From the IMG/VR virus record IMGVR_UViG_3300046472_000374: DNA of 64,000 nt; one strand, given 5' to 3'. Source of the DNA: a virus. Each line of letters starts with the position of its first letter. Position 1 is the stretch's first letter. The translations under genes and the position numbers were made by a program. This document shows positions 63,147 through 64,000 of this stretch, in pieces. The notes beneath the pieces are model-generated. The model was not told where the DNA came from. It did not search any database and saw only the letters and a list, made by a program, of their open reading frames with translations.

Positions 63147-63530
63147 TTACCCTCCGGACTTGACGATGACGACCGCGGTCTGGTCCTCGTGGACGTTCCG
63201 CTTCTGGTAGCCCTCGACAGCCAGGTCTCTCACTGTCGATCTCCAGATTATATCATACTTCCCACCGTCGATGAACACATGATTGCCATCGCAGAGCGGG
63301 AGACCCGCATCCTTGTCCTCGGAGGCCTTGAGCTTCGCCTTCAGCTCCTTGACGTCCGACTTCCAGCCGTTCTTGGCGGCCTTCAGCGAGTTGTCCGAAG
63401 CTGCGAGCTTCGAAGTGGCGTCTTCCAGCGCTGCCTGCAGTTCGGCGACCTGGGCCTGAAGGGCGGTCTTCTCGGGATCTGCCTCGGGTACGCTCGCGTC
63501 CGCGGGAGCAGCAGTCTGATCTTCAGCCAT
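63147..63530 (-). CDS. Small coiled-coil protein, paralog A
   Basis: C-terminal HVFIDGGKYDIIWRST...AVVIVKSGG. Confidence 0.65.
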   Translation of the reverse strand: MAEDQTAAPADASVPEADPEKTALQAQVAELQAALEDATSKLAASDNSLKAAKNGWKSDVKELKAKLKASEDKDAGLPLCDGNHVFIDGGKYDIIWRSTVRDLAVEGYQKRNVHEDQTAVVIVKSGG

Positions 63531-63714
63531 CTTCCTCTTTCTCCTCTACTCTCTTCTCTAGAAGAAGTAGTATAAAGCTATATAGCTTAAAGGCTATAGT
63601 AGCTGTAGGCGCCTACAGTTTCTTATAAGTAGAGACTCTCACGCTTTCTGACCAAATCTAGTTGTCGTGTGATAGGTATCTTGTACCCAGTCCACCTGAA
63701 AGGAGGTGACTTTC

Positions 63715-63867
63715 ATGCAAATGTTGACGCTAGCAGTACTACTAGGCCTTGCCGCGGGCGCGGCCTACCTCGGAGGTTCCAGACTCTGGGGATGGCTGAA
63801 GGGAGCGGAGGAGAAGGTCGTCGAGGAAGCGAAGAAGGTCGAGGAAGAGGTGAAGAGCAAGCTCTGA
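63715..63867 (+). CDS. 50-aa membrane-anchored peptide (below ORF-track cutoff)
   Basis: AAAGGAGGTGA SD 5 nt before ATG; MQMLTLAVLLGLAAGAAYLGGSRLWGWLKGAEEKVVEEAKKVEEEVKSKL; followed by a terminator. Confidence 0.75.
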   Translation: MQMLTLAVLLGLAAGAAYLGGSRLWGWLKGAEEKVVEEAKKVEEEVKSKL

Positions 63868-63884
63868 TCCGATCCCTGAAACAG

Positions 63885-63929
63885 AAAAAGCCCCTGAGAG
63901 AGAGTGATCTCCTCAGGGGCTTTTGTTTT
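63885..63929. terminator. Bidirectional intrinsic terminator
   Basis: AAAAAGCCCCTGAG-A-GAGA-GTGA-TCTC-CTCAGGGGCTTTTGTTTT: long stem, GNRA loop, A/T tracts on both sides, between convergent genes. Confidence 0.85.
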
Positions 63930-64000
63930 GGTAGCGCGTAGGGGTTTTGATCCCCTTCCTTCAGGTTGAGAACCTGACAACCTAGCCAGTAGTCGAACGC
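63929..64000 (-). tRNA. tRNA-Glu(CUC), first ~3 nt outside window, encoded CCA
   Basis: Reverse complement folds as ...GCGT UC GACU ACUGGCUA GGUU G UCAGG UU-CUC-AA CCUGA AGGA AGGGG AUCAAAA CCCCU ACGCGCU A CCA. Confidence 0.88.

Noticed and set aside
63765-63980. 71-aa minus-strand ORF in the ORF track
   Set aside because: Starts inside the tRNA and crosses the terminator and the plus-strand peptide; a shadow ORF.
1-64000. Stop-codon reassignment (as in some large phages)
   Set aside because: Long genes are intact under code 11, and TAA, TAG and TGA all terminate coupled genes at expected domain ends.

Overview
This is a 64-kb segment of a large, GC-rich (spot checks about 55-65%) tailed dsDNA phage of myovirus type. 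Gene packing is very tight with translational coupling, and all credible genes but one are on the minus strand. In reading order (right to left): a tRNA-Glu(CUC) cut by the window edge; one plus-strand membrane peptide; an AT-rich palindromic intergenic region; two paralogous coiled-coil proteins; and a PD-(D/E)XK nuclease. Next is an approximately 19.4-kb glycan cluster (42420-61836) with 8 glycosyltransferase genes/10 GT domains including a GT4-GT9-GT2 fusion, two HldE-type kinases, an HldE-type nucleotidyltransferase, HAD phosphatase, transaldolase, RpiB, class II aldolase/epimerase, cupin, NDP-sugar epimerase and dehydrogenase, three methyltransferases and a deacetylase. It is followed by a gp55-like sigma factor; a baseplate/spike module; a long block of putative tail/baseplate appendage proteins (LamG, Kelch, P-domain, FN3, Gly-rich, tandem paralogs); and a RuvC-like resolvase, primase and fused Mre11(SbcD)-Rad50(SbcC) gene. 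The leading hypothesis is a phage-encoded virion glycosylation system. It would combine a GmhA-less route to an NDP-heptose/octose, a multi-GT assembly line, and an [S/T]-G-S tripeptide that is heavily enriched in many virion proteins but nearly absent from the enzymes. All family calls are from motif recognition by eye; no database search was run.
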